DNA of 62,000 nt from Chiloscyllium plagiosum (taxonomy: Eukaryota), in contig NC_057754.1 in assembly GCF_004010195.1 (NCBI RefSeq), forward strand, positions 12,383,553 to 12,445,552. The letters are read 5' to 3'. Within the stretch, counting starts at the first letter, position 1; every line of letters starts with the position of its first letter. Made by a program: the position numbers and the translations under genes. Positions 25,081 through 36,236 of the stretch are shown here, one piece after another. The notes below the pieces were generated by a model, which was not told where the DNA came from, did no database searches, and saw nothing but the letters and a program-made list of their open reading frames with translations.

Positions 25081-26070
25081 GAAGGGAGTTTCTCGAAATG
25101 GAGAGAGGTAACCAGTGGTTAGTGCTGGGGCCACTGTTGATTGTGATATACATAAATGATCTGAAGAGGGCAATGTTGGTGTGATCAACAATTTTGCAAA
25201 TGTCACGAAGATTGGTGGAGTAGCAGAAATCGTAAGGGACTGGAGAGTTCGGCTAAAAAGTGGCAGATGGATCTCAACCCAAACAAATGTGAGGTGATGC
25301 ATTTAGGCAAGTCTAATTCGAGAGCGAATTATACAATGAAAATAAGTGACTTGGGAAAAGTTGATGGGCAGAGAGATCTGGGAGTGCAGCTCCATTGTAC
25401 CCCAAAGGTTGCTGCACAGGTGGATAGAATGATCAACAAGGCATATCAGAATGCTTGCCTTCATTGGGCGAGGTATTCAGTACAAGAACTGGCAAGTCAT
25501 GTTAAAATTGTACGAGACGTTGGTTCGGTCGCATTTAGAATACTGTGTACAGTTCTGGTCGCTACATTACCAAAAGGATGTGGATGCTTTGGAAAGGCTG
25601 CAGAGAAGGTTAACGAGGATATTGCCTGGTATGGAAGGTGCTAGCTATGAAGAGAGGCTGAGTAGGTTAGGTTTGTTTTCATTAGAAAAAAGGAAATTGT
25701 GGAGGGACTTGATTGAGGTTTACAAAGTCATGAAGTCTATATAAAGGATGGATAGAGGTATGCTTTTTCGCAGGATTCAATAACGAGAGTTCACACTTTC
25801 AAGGTGAGAGGTGGAAAGTTTAAGGGGGATACACGCGGTAAGTACTTCACACAGAGGATGATGGCCGTCTGAAACGCGTTTCCAGCAGAGGTGGTAGAGG
25901 CAGGCACGGTAGATTCATTTAAGATGCGTCTCGACAGATGCATGAGTAGGTGGGGAGCAGAGCCATGCAGATGCTTAGGAATTGGGCGACAGGTTTATAC
26001 AGTATATTTGGATCAACTCAAGCTTGGAGGACCGAAGGGCCTGTTCCTGGGCTGTACATTTTCTTTGTTA
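25081..26070 (+). mobile_element. CR1 LINE, 3' part of host copy
   Basis: Resumes gaagggagtttctcgaaatgg (EGSFSKW); LVRSHLEYCVQFW; ends aagggcctgttcctgggctgtac. Confidence 0.92.
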
Positions 26071-26388
26071 TTGGTTCTTTGAGACTGAAAGACGCTAACA
26101 CACTCCTGATCCACCTCCAACTTCCAAACTCCCTGTAATCTTCAGTTCATCCAATACCCCGTGGCCCAAGCACGAACTCGCCTGTAGTCTTGTTTTTTTC
26201 ACCCTGAGCTCACTGACCCGAAGTGCTTACCAATTGAGAAAAAAGCAACATTTAAAATTAATTTGCCCATGTTTGCAAATCCCCCTATGAAAGCGATCAT
26301 TCCCAATGCTGTCATCTCTGCCAGCCATACAATCCGTTCTTGATAAAGGTAGAAAGAGGAAAGAGTGTCTGCTGAAGGAATGCGAGCA

Positions 26389-27775
26389 TAAGACCATAAG
26401 ACCATAAGACATAGGAGTGGAAGTAAGGGCAATCGGCCCATCGAGTCCACTCCGCCATTCAATCATGGCTGATGGGCATTTCGAATCCACTTACCCACAT
26501 TCTCCCCGGAGCCCCTAATCCTTGTGACATCAAGAATTTATCAATCTCTGACTTGAAGGCATTTAGCGTCCCAGCCTCCACTGCACTCTGCGGCAATGAA
26601 TTCCACAGGCCCACCACTCTCTGGCTGAAGAGATGTCTCCTCATTTCTGTTCTGAAATTACCCCCNNNNNNNNNNNNNNNNNNNNNNNNNNNNNNNNNNN
26701 NNNNNNNNNNNNNNNNNNNNNNNNNNNNNNNNNNNNNNNNNNNNNNNNNNNNNNNNNNNNNNNNNNNNNNNNNNNNNNNNNNNNNNNNNNNNNNNNNNNN
26801 NNNNNNNNNNNNNNNNNNNNNNNNNNNNNNNNNNNNNNNNNNNNNNNNNNNNNNNNNNNNNNNNNNNNNNNNNNNNNNNNNNNNNNNNNNNNNNNNNNNN
26901 NNNNNNNNNNNNNNNNNNNNNNNNNNNNNNNNNNNNNNNNNNNNNNNNNNNNNNNNNNNNNNNNNNNNNNNNNNNNNNNNNNNNNNNNNNNNNNNNNNNN
27001 NNNNNNNNNNNNNNNNNNNNNNNNNNNNNNNNNNNNNNNNNNNNNNNNNNNNNNNNNNNNNNNNNNNNNNNNNNNNNNNNNNNNNNNNNNNNNNNNNNNN
27101 NNNNNNNNNNNNNNNNNNNNNNNNNNNNNNNNNNNNNNNNNNGTATCATCGGCAAACTTCACTAGAATGCCCTCAGTCCCTTCATCCAGATCATTAATAT
27201 ATAACGTGAACAGCTGCAGCCCCAACATTGAACCCTGCGGGACACCGCTTGTCACTGGATGCCATTCCACAAAAGAACCTTTTATCCTAACTCTCTGCCT
27301 TCTGTCAGACAGCCAATCCTCAATCTATACCTGTAGCTCACCTCACACACTATGGGCCTTCACCTTGCTCAGCAGCCTCCCGTGTGGCACCTTATCAAAG
27401 GCCTTTTGGAAGTCTAGATAGACCACATCCACTGGGTTTCCCTGGTCTAACCTACTTGTCACCTCTGCAAAAAATTCCAACAGGTTTGTCAGGCACAACC
27501 TCCCCTTACTAAATCCATGTTGACTTGTTCTAATCCGACTCTGCGCGTCCAAGAATTTAGAAACCTCATCCTCAATGTTGGATTCTAGAATTTTACCAAC
27601 AACCGAGGTTAGGCTAATTGGCCTATAATTTTCCATCTTTTGTCTTGATCCTTTCTTGAACAAGGGGTTTACAACAGCGATCTTCCAATCATCCGGGACT
27701 TTCCCTGACTCCAGCGACGTTTGAAAGATCTCAGCCAACGCCTCCGCTATTTCCTCAGCCATCTCCCTCAGAACT
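26389..27775 (-). mobile_element. Young-looking CR1 LINE spanning the assembly gap
   Basis: NYRPISLTSVVGKILE, YLDFQKAFDKVPH, SGVPQGS, FADD; cataagac tail repeats; cgagca at 26383-26388 and 27776-27781 as a probable TSD. Confidence 0.9.
26666..27142. other. Assembly gap (477 N)
   Basis: Run of N. Confidence 1.
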
Positions 27776-28267
27776 CGAGCAGCTCCAGGTTGAATTAGAA
27801 AACAATCAATAAGGCAACCTGATCCATAACGAAGTTGACATTGTGCTAGCAAAATTAACGAGAAAAATTGGTGTGGGAGAATGGGTGTAATTTCATTGTG
27901 TATTGGCGTTAGTCCTGTGGAATGACGGAGCTGTTCTGATGGAACAACTCCACCTGAATGATGTTGGGACCAGAGTCCTGTAGAATCCCATAACGAAGGG
28001 TCTGTGGATACGACTTCAATATAAATGATGGGGTTGATTCATTGCACAATTAAGGAAAATTTTAAAGTGGTGGAGGACTCAGCATAGGTTAAAGTTTCCA
28101 GAAACAGTAATAGGACAGAAAGTCTGGAAATGATCAGGAATCTAACTCCAGGCACAGCAGATAAGTACACAATTCTGAGAAGTGGTGCATTCAATGCAGG
28201 GCTGAGGCTATAGCATCTGTTCGAATCCTCCATTCCAAAACAAATATTACGCCAAATGCTGGAGCAT

Positions 28268-28348
28268 GTATTCATGGCCAGTTGGCGTGAGGCGATCGAC
28301 TAGAAACCATTGGGGTTCGCCGTGCAGGTTGTAGTCCTGACAATTACG
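28268..28348 (+). pseudogene. tRNA-Ser(AGA) pseudogene
   Basis: gtattcatggccagttggcgtgaggcgatcgactagaaaccattggggttcgccgtgcaggttgtagtcctgacaattacg follows tRNA-Ser(AGA), including the long variable arm; T loop mutated. Confidence 0.8.
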
Positions 28349-29095
28349 TTTCCTCAAACCGCAAGCTTTCACTGGCTTTCTGCAGGACACATTTTTACGA
28401 ATCCTGTGTTGTCAATTTTGTACCTTTAGGAAACTCAAGTTGTGAGCCATTAATGTACCGCAGTCAAAACTTTAGCTGTTTCTCTTTCCATGGATACTGT
28501 GAGACACGTCAATCTTCTACAGTATTCTCTGAATTTATTCTGCACATGCGTTACTTTTTATTAAATATCTCCAATCCCAGGCCTCCGGCAGCATTTGCGA
28601 TTGCTCATCAAACTGCCCCTCCCCATTGCTTTCTCCCTCATCATTATAAACAGCCACAGGAACTCTCCGGCAGACCTTCTTTCCTCCAACGAGAACATTC
28701 CCCATCTCGGGACTCTCTCCACAAAACGGGATGTCCTCATTCCCAGACATGGTGCAAGGCGGAGGATTGTGAAGACATTTTTGGGAACACGTTTTCAGTT
28801 GGCAGGTGGCAAAATGTGAAGGAAAAAAATCATGAAAAAATATCGCCAGCTTTGCAAATCTTCCAAAATGCGTTGGGAAGCAGACTCAGAGGAGAATGAA
28901 AGGTGAACTCTCCAACTGAGCAGGGACAATGTCGTCACCTTCTCCTTGTTTAAGAGGCCAAGACATTGACTCTGATGTTCACGAGACATGAACTGATCTA
29001 AGGGGAGAAAATGAGGAATGCAGATGCTGGAGATCAGAGCTGAAAATGTGTTGCAGGAAAAGCGCAGCAGGTCAGGCAGCATCCAAGGAGCAGGA

Positions 29096-29132
29096 GAATC
29101 GACGTTTCGGGCATGAGCCCTTCTTCAGGAAT
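29096..29132 (-). ncRNA. Minimal hammerhead ribozyme motif (inverted copy)
   Basis: Reverse complement of the 29591-29627 motif. Confidence 0.75.
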
Positions 29133-29590
29133 GAGGAAAGTGTGTACAGCAGGCTAAGATAAAAGGTAGGGAGGAGGGACTTGGGGGAGGGGCGTTGGAA
29201 ATGCGATAGGTGGAAGGATGTCATCCACTCCCCCTCCCACTCCACCAAGGACATGCAGGTCCTTGGACTCCTCCATCGCCAGACCATAGCAACACGACGG
29301 TTGGAGGAAGAGCGCCTCATCTTCCGCCTAGGAACCCTCCAACCACAAGAGATGAACGCAGATTTCTCCAGTTTCCTCGTTTCCCCTCCCCTCACCTTGT
29401 CTCAGTCAAATCCTTCGAACTCAGCACCGCCTTCCTAATCTGCAATCTTCTTCCTGACCTCTTCGCCCTCACCCCCACTCCAGCCTATCACCCTCACCTT
29501 GACCTCCTTCCACCTATCGCATTTTCAATGCCCCTCCCCCAAGTCCCTCCTCCCTACCTTTTATCTTAGCCTGCTGGCCACACTTTCCTC

Positions 29591-29627
29591 ATTCCTGAAG
29601 AAGGGCTCATGCCCGAAACGTCGATTC
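29591..29627 (+). ncRNA. Minimal type I hammerhead ribozyme motif
   Basis: attc-CTGAAGA-agggc-tcat-gccc-GAAAC-GTC-gattc: intact core, 4-bp stem II, GUC cleavage triplet, no real stem III loop. Confidence 0.75.
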
Positions 29628-29855
29628 TCCTGCTCCTTGGATGCTGCCTGACCTGCTGCGCTTTTCCAGCAACACATTTTCAGCTATGAACTGATCTGAG
29701 ACATAACAAGGATTCGCATTCCTGTATATCAAGAATTCAAACCTCATCTCGACTCCGGGACAATGAGAAAACGTGGAAACAGACAAGACACTGAAAGGCT
29801 TGAACGGAATCAGCCCTGGTGGTAGGAGAACTGGATCCCGGTGACATGGATGTGT

Positions 29856-31641
29856 AGAACATAGAAAATACAAAAGAACAGCACAGAGCAGGCCCTTCAG
29901 CCCACAATGTTATGCCTACGATTATTCTTAATCTAAAATAAAATAACTTAACCTACACATCCCTCAATTCACTCCTGTCCATATGCATGACTAGCCGTCG
30001 CTTAAATGTTCCTAATGACTCTGCTTACCCCACCACCGCTGGCAACACATTCCATGCATTCACAACTCTCTGCGTAAAGAACCTACCTCTGACGTGTCCT
30101 CCATACGTTCCTATTAATATCTTAAATCTATGACCCCTCCTGCGAATCAATCATGCCCGGGGGAGAAGTCTCCGGTTATTGATTCGATCCATGCCTCTCA
30201 TTACCTTGTAACACTCGATCAGGTCATGTCTGTTCCTCCTTCTCTCCAGAAAGAAAAGTCTGAGCTTAGTCAACCTCTCTTCGTAAGTCAAGCCCTTCAA
30301 TCCAGGCAGCATGCTGGCAAACCTTCATTGCACATTGCCAAAGCCTCCTTATTTTTTCCTATAATAGGGCGACCAGAACTGCACTCAACACTCCAAGTGT
30401 GGCCTCACCAGGGTCTTGTGGAGCTGCAGCAAAACCTCGCAGCTCTTAAACTCCATCCCCATGCTAATGAAAGCCAAAACACCATATGCTTTCTTAACTG
30501 CCCTATCCACTTGGGTGGCAACTTTGAGAGATCTATGCACTTGAACACCATGATCCCTCTGTTCCTCCATACTGCCAAGAATCCTGTCTTTAATCCTATG
30601 TTCAGCATTCAAGTTCGTCCTTCCAAAATGCATCACTTCGCATTTATCCAGGTTGATCTCCATTTGCTATTTATCAGAGCAGCTCTGCATCCTGTCTCTG
30701 TCGCACCACTGCCTGCAATAGGACTCGATACAATCAACAGCACCTTCAACCTTTGTGTCATCGGTAAATTTACTAACCCACCCCTCAACCTCCTCATCAA
30801 TGTCATTTATAAAAACTTGAGCAGTGGCCCAAGAAAAGTGCCCTGCAGGACCCCACTCATCACTGACCCCTAGGCAGAATACCTTCAATCTACAACCAAT
30901 CGTTGCCTTTTACCAGCCAACCAATTCTGAATCTGGACTGGTAAATTTCTCTGTTTCCCATGTGTCCTGACTTTAGGAATGAGTCTACCATGGGGAACCC
31001 TGTCAAATGCCTTGCTGAATTCCATATACACCACATCCACTGCTCGACATTTGTCCACTTGTCTCGTCACCTCCTGAAAGAACTCAATAAGATTGTGAGG
31101 CATGGCTTGCCCCTCACAAAGCCATGTAGACATGCTGACTGTCTTTAATCACGCTACGCCTTGCCAAATAGGCATAAATCCTATCCCTCAGAATTATTTC
31201 CAAAATCGTGCTGACCATAGGCGTAAGACTGACTGGTCTGTAATTGCCAGGGATTTTCTTATTCCCATTCTTGAAAAGAGGAACAACAATTGCCTCCCTC
31301 AAATCCTCCGCTACGTGGAGAGTGAAAAAGCAAATATCTTCGCCTGCGGCTTAGCAAACTCCTTTCTCCCTTTTGGAGCAACCTTGCATACATCAGGTCT
31401 GAACCCTTGTGGACTGATCAATGTTAATATTTTCCAAAATTTCCATCAAATTCATCAATCTTCATTTGTTCAAGCCTGTTTACCAGCTCCTCAAAGTTCT
31501 CATTCACAACAAGGTCCCATTCCTTAGTGAAAGCCGAATCAAGAAAAACTCATTTATGGCTTTCCCCTATCTGCTCAGACTCCATGCACAAGTTCCCTAC
31601 GCTGTCCTTGACTGGCCCTGCATTCTCCTTGATCATTCTCT
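29856..31641 (-). mobile_element. CR1 LINE (RT to 3' end)
   Basis: PGNYRPVSLT, YMEFSKAFDRVPHGRL, FTDDTK, LVRPHLEC; same subfamily as 52810-55150. Confidence 0.92.
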
Positions 31642-32401
31642 TGTCTGCAAATGGTGGGATCAGACTATTTCCATGTCTGCCCAATAAATGTCCTAGGCTT
31701 TATTTTAAAGTAGTGGAAGTAATAGATGAGTAGTGCCATTCCAAGAGAGGCTAGTTGAATTTTGAATTTATTACTTGCCTGCTTTAGGGGATCGTGCGAG
31801 CGGTCAAATCACCAGACTCTGTTGCGCAATTGGTCAGCACGTTGTCCTCTGGTGTTAAAGGTTGGCGAATCATGACCACCCTGGGCTGTAGTGAATTGTC
31901 TTCTCACTCCATCCGTTTTGTTTCCTGTGCAGTTCCGGGTTTTTTATTGATGTCAGGAAAATATTCTCCAAAAGGAAACTTATCCAGTGAATAACCACAA
32001 AGGGATTTCTATGTTTCTTTTATCATTAATGTAAAGAACTGCGGATGCTGGGAATCTGAAACAAAAACAAGGAAACCGCTGTAGAAACACAAACGGTTTA
32101 GGAGCTACCTTTGGAAGAAAACAGAGTTCAGGTAGTGTTCTGAAACATTGTCTCTGATGCTGTCCACAAATGCTGCTCGACCTGCTGAGTTTTTCCGGCA
32201 ATTTCTGCTTTTGTTTTTAACTGAACGTCAATTTCATCTATCGGAATGGAGATAGATGAAACCCAAACCCACCATGGGCTGGTATGTAAGTCTTTTGAAA
32301 GCTGTGAAATGATTGGACGCAAACAAACGGCAGCAATTATTTACTCTTCCTCGGTTCCACAGGGAGGGAGAACTGGAAAGCGAAGCAGTCACTTTGGTTC
32401 T
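31642..32401 (+). repeat. Segmental duplicate (partner of 17709-18440) containing tRNA-Asn and a small palindromic element
   Basis: See partner; the palindromic element near 32035-32220 is present in both copies. Confidence 0.85.
31815..31888 (+). pseudogene. tRNA-Asn pseudogene
   Basis: gactctgttgcgcaattggtcagcacgtt...aaaggttggcgaatcatgaccaccctgggctg, 74 nt; anticodon arm and B box degenerate. Confidence 0.75.
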
Positions 32402-32476
32402 GTAGTCGTGGCCAGTGTTTGTGGACTTAAAATCCAGTCGGGTTTGCACCAGTAGGTTGGAATTCAACCGATTGCA
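32402..32476 (+). pseudogene. tRNA-Ser pseudogene
   Basis: Begins gtagtcgtggcc; tggact-taa-aatcca anticodon arm; D-arm deletion; aggttggaattc remnant of the T loop. Confidence 0.7.
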
Positions 32477-32599
32477 GATAGAACGGGAACATTCTCCCTG
32501 TGTTATTCTTTAATATTCAAATCACAGAAGTTGAAAAAGATCAGCCAGATTGGGAACGGTCAGAATCTACAAACGACAGCCTGTCGTGGTGAAACAAAC

Positions 32600-33200
32600 A
32601 GAACCCCTCTGAGCAGCAGAGATACATTGACATGCACACTTCCATCATCAATTTCATTTGAAGAAATGAACCAAGTGTTGGGAAATGAGAACAGGACAGT
32701 CAGGAGCGCGTGTCTATGACCAGCTGCGGTGAGCTCAGTTTGTGAAGTGACACGACAGTGTTTGGAAAATGTACCGAGCCAGGAAGTGGCCAACGGGACT
32801 CTCCCCTGATCTGTCTGTCAGACACAGTATCCATCGGGACATTGATACAGGGATTATCTGACACTGTGCACATTCTGGAATTAGTCTATGGGAGATACAG
32901 GAAGATGAGATCCTGGTGTCTCCTTACCCAGCCGTGTGCATGCCCATCGCCTCCCAATACCTTGTGTTTTACATTCTCTGGCCCTGGCTTCCAGATAAAG
33001 ATTCGCTTTACGATCTGCCTGTGGTTGCAAAAAGCAATTCATTGACCTCGGAGCTGGATGATCAGAGGTGGCTGTCGGTGAGACAGGGAAAAAAGCACAA
33101 AAAGACAAGATGAGAAAGTATTTTAAGTTTGCCGTCTGTAAGTTCTTTTTAGTGAGGAATGACTGCCGGAAATAGTCCTGTCAGAACCCAAGAGCAGAGG
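32600..33200 (+). mobile_element. Decayed Tx1-like ORF2 C-terminal (zinc-knuckle region) relic
   Basis: SGARVYDQLR, W..LSPDLSVRH (~SPELSNKH), DTVHILELVY..MRSWCL (~ETVxHLLLEC..MQWCL), LQKAIH. Confidence 0.55.
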
Positions 33201-33284
33201 GATTGAGCCTGTGGGTTTTAGGAAAGTGAAAGTTATACATGAGCAGCCTGTGGGACTCTTTCAATTCACTGTCCATTTCATATG

Positions 33285-33660
33285 CCAGCTCACCACAACG
33301 ATTCTTGTTGTCTGGAGAAGTGGTGAGTGTTCCACTTAAATCCGCCTTTTGTCAGAGATACTGGTGTATGTGAAGCACGAGGCGTCTGACTGTCTCAGGG
33401 GGATGTGCCTGTGTTTCTCCCTCTGCGGGTGAAAATGAGGGTGAGTTCATCAAGGATGTTTGAATACAGTGCGACCATATCAAACTTTAGTCTCAGTGCT
33501 GCGTCATTTGAAATAACAGGAAGAATCTCATTGGCGTTTGGCCTGGAAACATCAGAACACGCAAGGTTATTGGCCAAACGCTGTAAAATGCGACTAGAAT
33601 AGAGGAATGTCTGACAACTCACACTGCAGATGGGGCGAATGGCTGTAAATACTGGATCAC
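33285..33660 (-). mobile_element. Divergent Penelope-type RT fragment
   Basis: AIRPICS, NANEIL, LKFDMVALYSNI (~SFDVxSLYTNI), then after one stop LTKGGFKW..LQTTRIVV (~LTxNYFxF..QxxGxAMG). Confidence 0.6.
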
Positions 33661-33739
33661 AGAGAGAAACTGATCTGCAGCGAAAATGATCAGAAATGAA
33701 AAGGCGAAAGGAATAAACATAGAGCATCACTTTGGCTTT

Positions 33740-33811
33740 TCCCTGATGGTAGAGTAGTTAGGATTCAGTACCCTTACAGCTGCAGCCTGAGTTCGAATCC
33801 ATATCAGGGAA
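33740..33811 (+). pseudogene. tRNA-Glu(CTC)-derived pseudogene
   Basis: tccctgatggtagagtagttaggattcagtacccttacagctgcagcctgagttcgaatccatatcagggaa, 72 nt; acceptor stem and B box kept, anticodon stem mismatched, anticodon now reads CTT. Confidence 0.85.
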
Positions 33812-34379
33812 TAGGAACGTCATTTTCCTCATTTATCTTAGTGACAACGTTCCTGAAGCAGGGAATGAGGTGTGGTGCTGGCAATTTATCTATTTTTGTC
33901 ACAAACATGATTCAAAGTAACATAAAACAAATAACTGCAGATGCTGGAAATCTGAAACAAGAACAGCGAGTTGATAAAGAAACTATGCAGGGCTGGCAGC
34001 ATCTATGGAGAGAAACAGAGTTAATGTTTCCAGGCAAGTTATATGTTTTAATGTTATAATGCTGGGGTAATTATCAGTTCTATCGGGCGAATCAGCATAT
34101 TTTTCAAAATCCCTCATTACCTGGCAACCATCAACATTACAAATGTAAAACGCCTTTATCAACACTCATGCTGCTTTCGTTGCTCTGAGCCAGTGAAAGG
34201 CGGTGTTAAAATCATTACCCTTTTCTTTTCCTTTCTGTCCATCAGCAGCCATGTCGCTTGAAGAATTAGTCCTTCGGTTTCTATACGTGCCTGTGTTTGT
34301 CTCTCTTTGTCTCAATGTTTCCAACTCTCTGTCTTTCTATATTCCTCCGATCCCATTTCTGCTCTTTGATAAGTCTGAC

Positions 34380-35080
34380 ATTCGGAGACAGTTTGAGAGT
34401 GGTGCCGCTGAGCGGCTTTCCCACCCCTGGCTGGAGTGAGTGGAGTTGGGATAACGTTCTCCGGATAATGTGCCGAAGGCATGAGGTGTGTTAGCTTTTA
34501 TTAATAGAAGGATCGAGTTTCGTAACCATGAGGTCATGCTGCAGCTTTACAAAACTGGTGTAGCCACAATTGCAGTATTGTGTGCAGTTCTGGTCACTGC
34601 ACTATAGGAAGGATTCGGAAGCTTTGGAACGGATTCAGAAGAGATTTACTACGGTGTTTCCTGCTATGGAGGAAACATCTTACCAGTAAAGATTGAGGGA
34701 CTTGATGCGTTCTTCATTAGCCAGAAGATGGTTGGGAGGTGGCATAATTGAAACATGTAAGATAATCTGAGCGTTAGATCAGGTGGGCAGTGAGAACCCT
34801 TTTCTGAGTATGGATAGTATAAGGGAGCATAGCTTCAAGTTGAGAGGTGATAGATATAGGACAGCTGCCAGAAATAGTTTGTTTACTCAGCGTGTAGTAG
34901 GGGCATGAAACGCAATGCCTGCAACAGTTATAGACTCGCAACTTTACGGGCATTCAAATGGACATTGGATTGACATGTGGTCACGAATGGAATGGTGTAG
35001 TTTAAGTGGCTTCAGATTGATTTCACAAGGTGGTGCAACATCGAGGACTGAAGGGCCTGTACTGTGCTGTAATATTCTAT
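34380..35080 (+). mobile_element. CR1 LINE 3' fragment
   Basis: Decayed LQYCVQFW region; tail gaagggcctgtactgtgctgtaatattctat. Confidence 0.85.
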
Positions 35081-35734
35081 GCTGTACCTCACATCTATCC
35101 ACGTTCAACTCCATCTGCCACATATTGTTCCAAGCTCTTAACCTATCTATCCCTAATTCTCAGGTTCTTATTTCCTAATTTAAATTTACTGTCCCACCTA
35201 TTTTTGTCTTGTTCACAAATTTAACGACAGAGTCTTCTCTCCCTGTATCCAATTCATTAATGTGGATTGTAAATAGCCACATTACAAAGCACCAAATTCT
35301 GTACCACCCCAGTTTTGCCATTCAGAAAAAAAATTCTGACCGTCTGTCTTCTGTCCATCAGCCAGTCACCTGTCCAAGTTAGTAAATTACCCTGTTTCCA
35401 AATTATCTAATCTTGTGACCTTATCTTTGTGCAGCACCTTATCAAATGTGCTGTAATATTCTATGCTGTACCTCACATCTATCCACGTTTAACTCCATCT
35501 GCCACATATTGTTCCAAGCTCTTAACCTATCTATCCCTATTTCTCAGGTTCTTATTTCCTAATTTAAATTTACTGTCCCGCCTATTTTTGTCTTGTTCAC
35601 AAATTTAACGACAGGGTCTTCTCTCCCTGTATCCAATTCTTTAATGTGGATTGTAAATAGCTGGTTTCCAAGCGCCAAATTCTGTACCACCCTAGTATGC
35701 ACGTTTTGCCATTCAGAAAAAAATCCTGACCGTC

Positions 35735-36236
35735 ACCAGAACGAAGGACCCGATAACCAACATGAGCAAAACTAATGTAGTGCACATAATACCTTGCAAG
35801 GACTGCACAAAACACTATATAGGACAAACAGGAAGACAGCTAACAATCCGCATACATGAACAGCAACTAGCCACGAAACGACACGACCAGCTATCCTTAG
35901 TAGCCACACACGCAGACAACAAGCAACATAAATCCGACTGGGACAACACTACTATCATAGGGCAAGCCAGACAGAGAAAAGCCAGGGAATTCCTAGAGGC
36001 ATGGCATTCATCCACAAACTCCATCAACAAACACATCGACCTGGACCCAATCTACCAACCACTACAGTGGACAGCTGAAACTGACAACCGGAAGCGGCAG
36101 GGACAGATCACTATAAACACCGGAGGAAACATCGAAGAAGCGCTTCGCAGGAGGCTCCCAAGCACTGATGATGTCGCCTAGCCAGGGGACGAAACGTTTG
36201 CAACAAAAACTTCCAGCTCGGCGAACAGAACCACAG
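35735..36236 (+). mobile_element. Penelope-like element 3' fragment (GIY-YIG endonuclease plus terminal hammerhead)
   Basis: ORF 35762..36181 NVVHIIPCKDCTKHYIGQTGRQLTIRIHE..REFLEAW; cgtc at both junctions. Confidence 0.92.
36161..36202 (+). ncRNA. Minimal hammerhead ribozyme motif
   Basis: gca-CTGATGA-tgtc..gac-GAAAC-GTT-tgc: core, stem II gtc/gac, stem I gca/tgc. Confidence 0.7.

Larger units (their letters stand above)
29000..29685 (+). mobile_element. 5'-truncated Penelope-like element with inverted terminal repeats and 12-bp TSD
   Basis: TSD atgaactgatct (28988-28999, 29686-29697); 181-bp inverted repeats 29038-29218 and 29505-29685; internal GIY-YIG C-terminus RRLEEERLIFRLGTLQPQEMN. 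Confidence 0.92.
28600..29830 (+). mobile_element. Decayed L1/Tx1-like ORF2 relic, split by a PLE insertion
   Basis: YKQ.TG, KTFLGTRF, QIFQNALGSRL, AKTLTLMF, FLYIKNSNLISTPGQ, KTLKGLNGISPGG; nucleotide-homologous to 43395-43640. Confidence 0.5.

Noticed and set aside
26472..27421. Long ORFs of 165-262 aa
   Set aside because: Artefacts of translating through the N gap.
26340..28260. Coiled-coil-like peptide CLLKECEQLQVELENNQ rejoined across the CR1 insertion
   Set aside because: Downstream HLNDVGTRVL matches the CR1 ORF1 esterase region; an old CR1 remnant, not a host gene.
29710..29760. Possible tRNA-Cys remnant (also near 43530)
   Set aside because: No matching 5' half, and homology between the two copies extends far beyond tRNA length.
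30130..30873. 247-aa ORF on the plus strand
   Set aside because: Antisense frame of CR1 RT; the paralog at 53098-53729 is broken.
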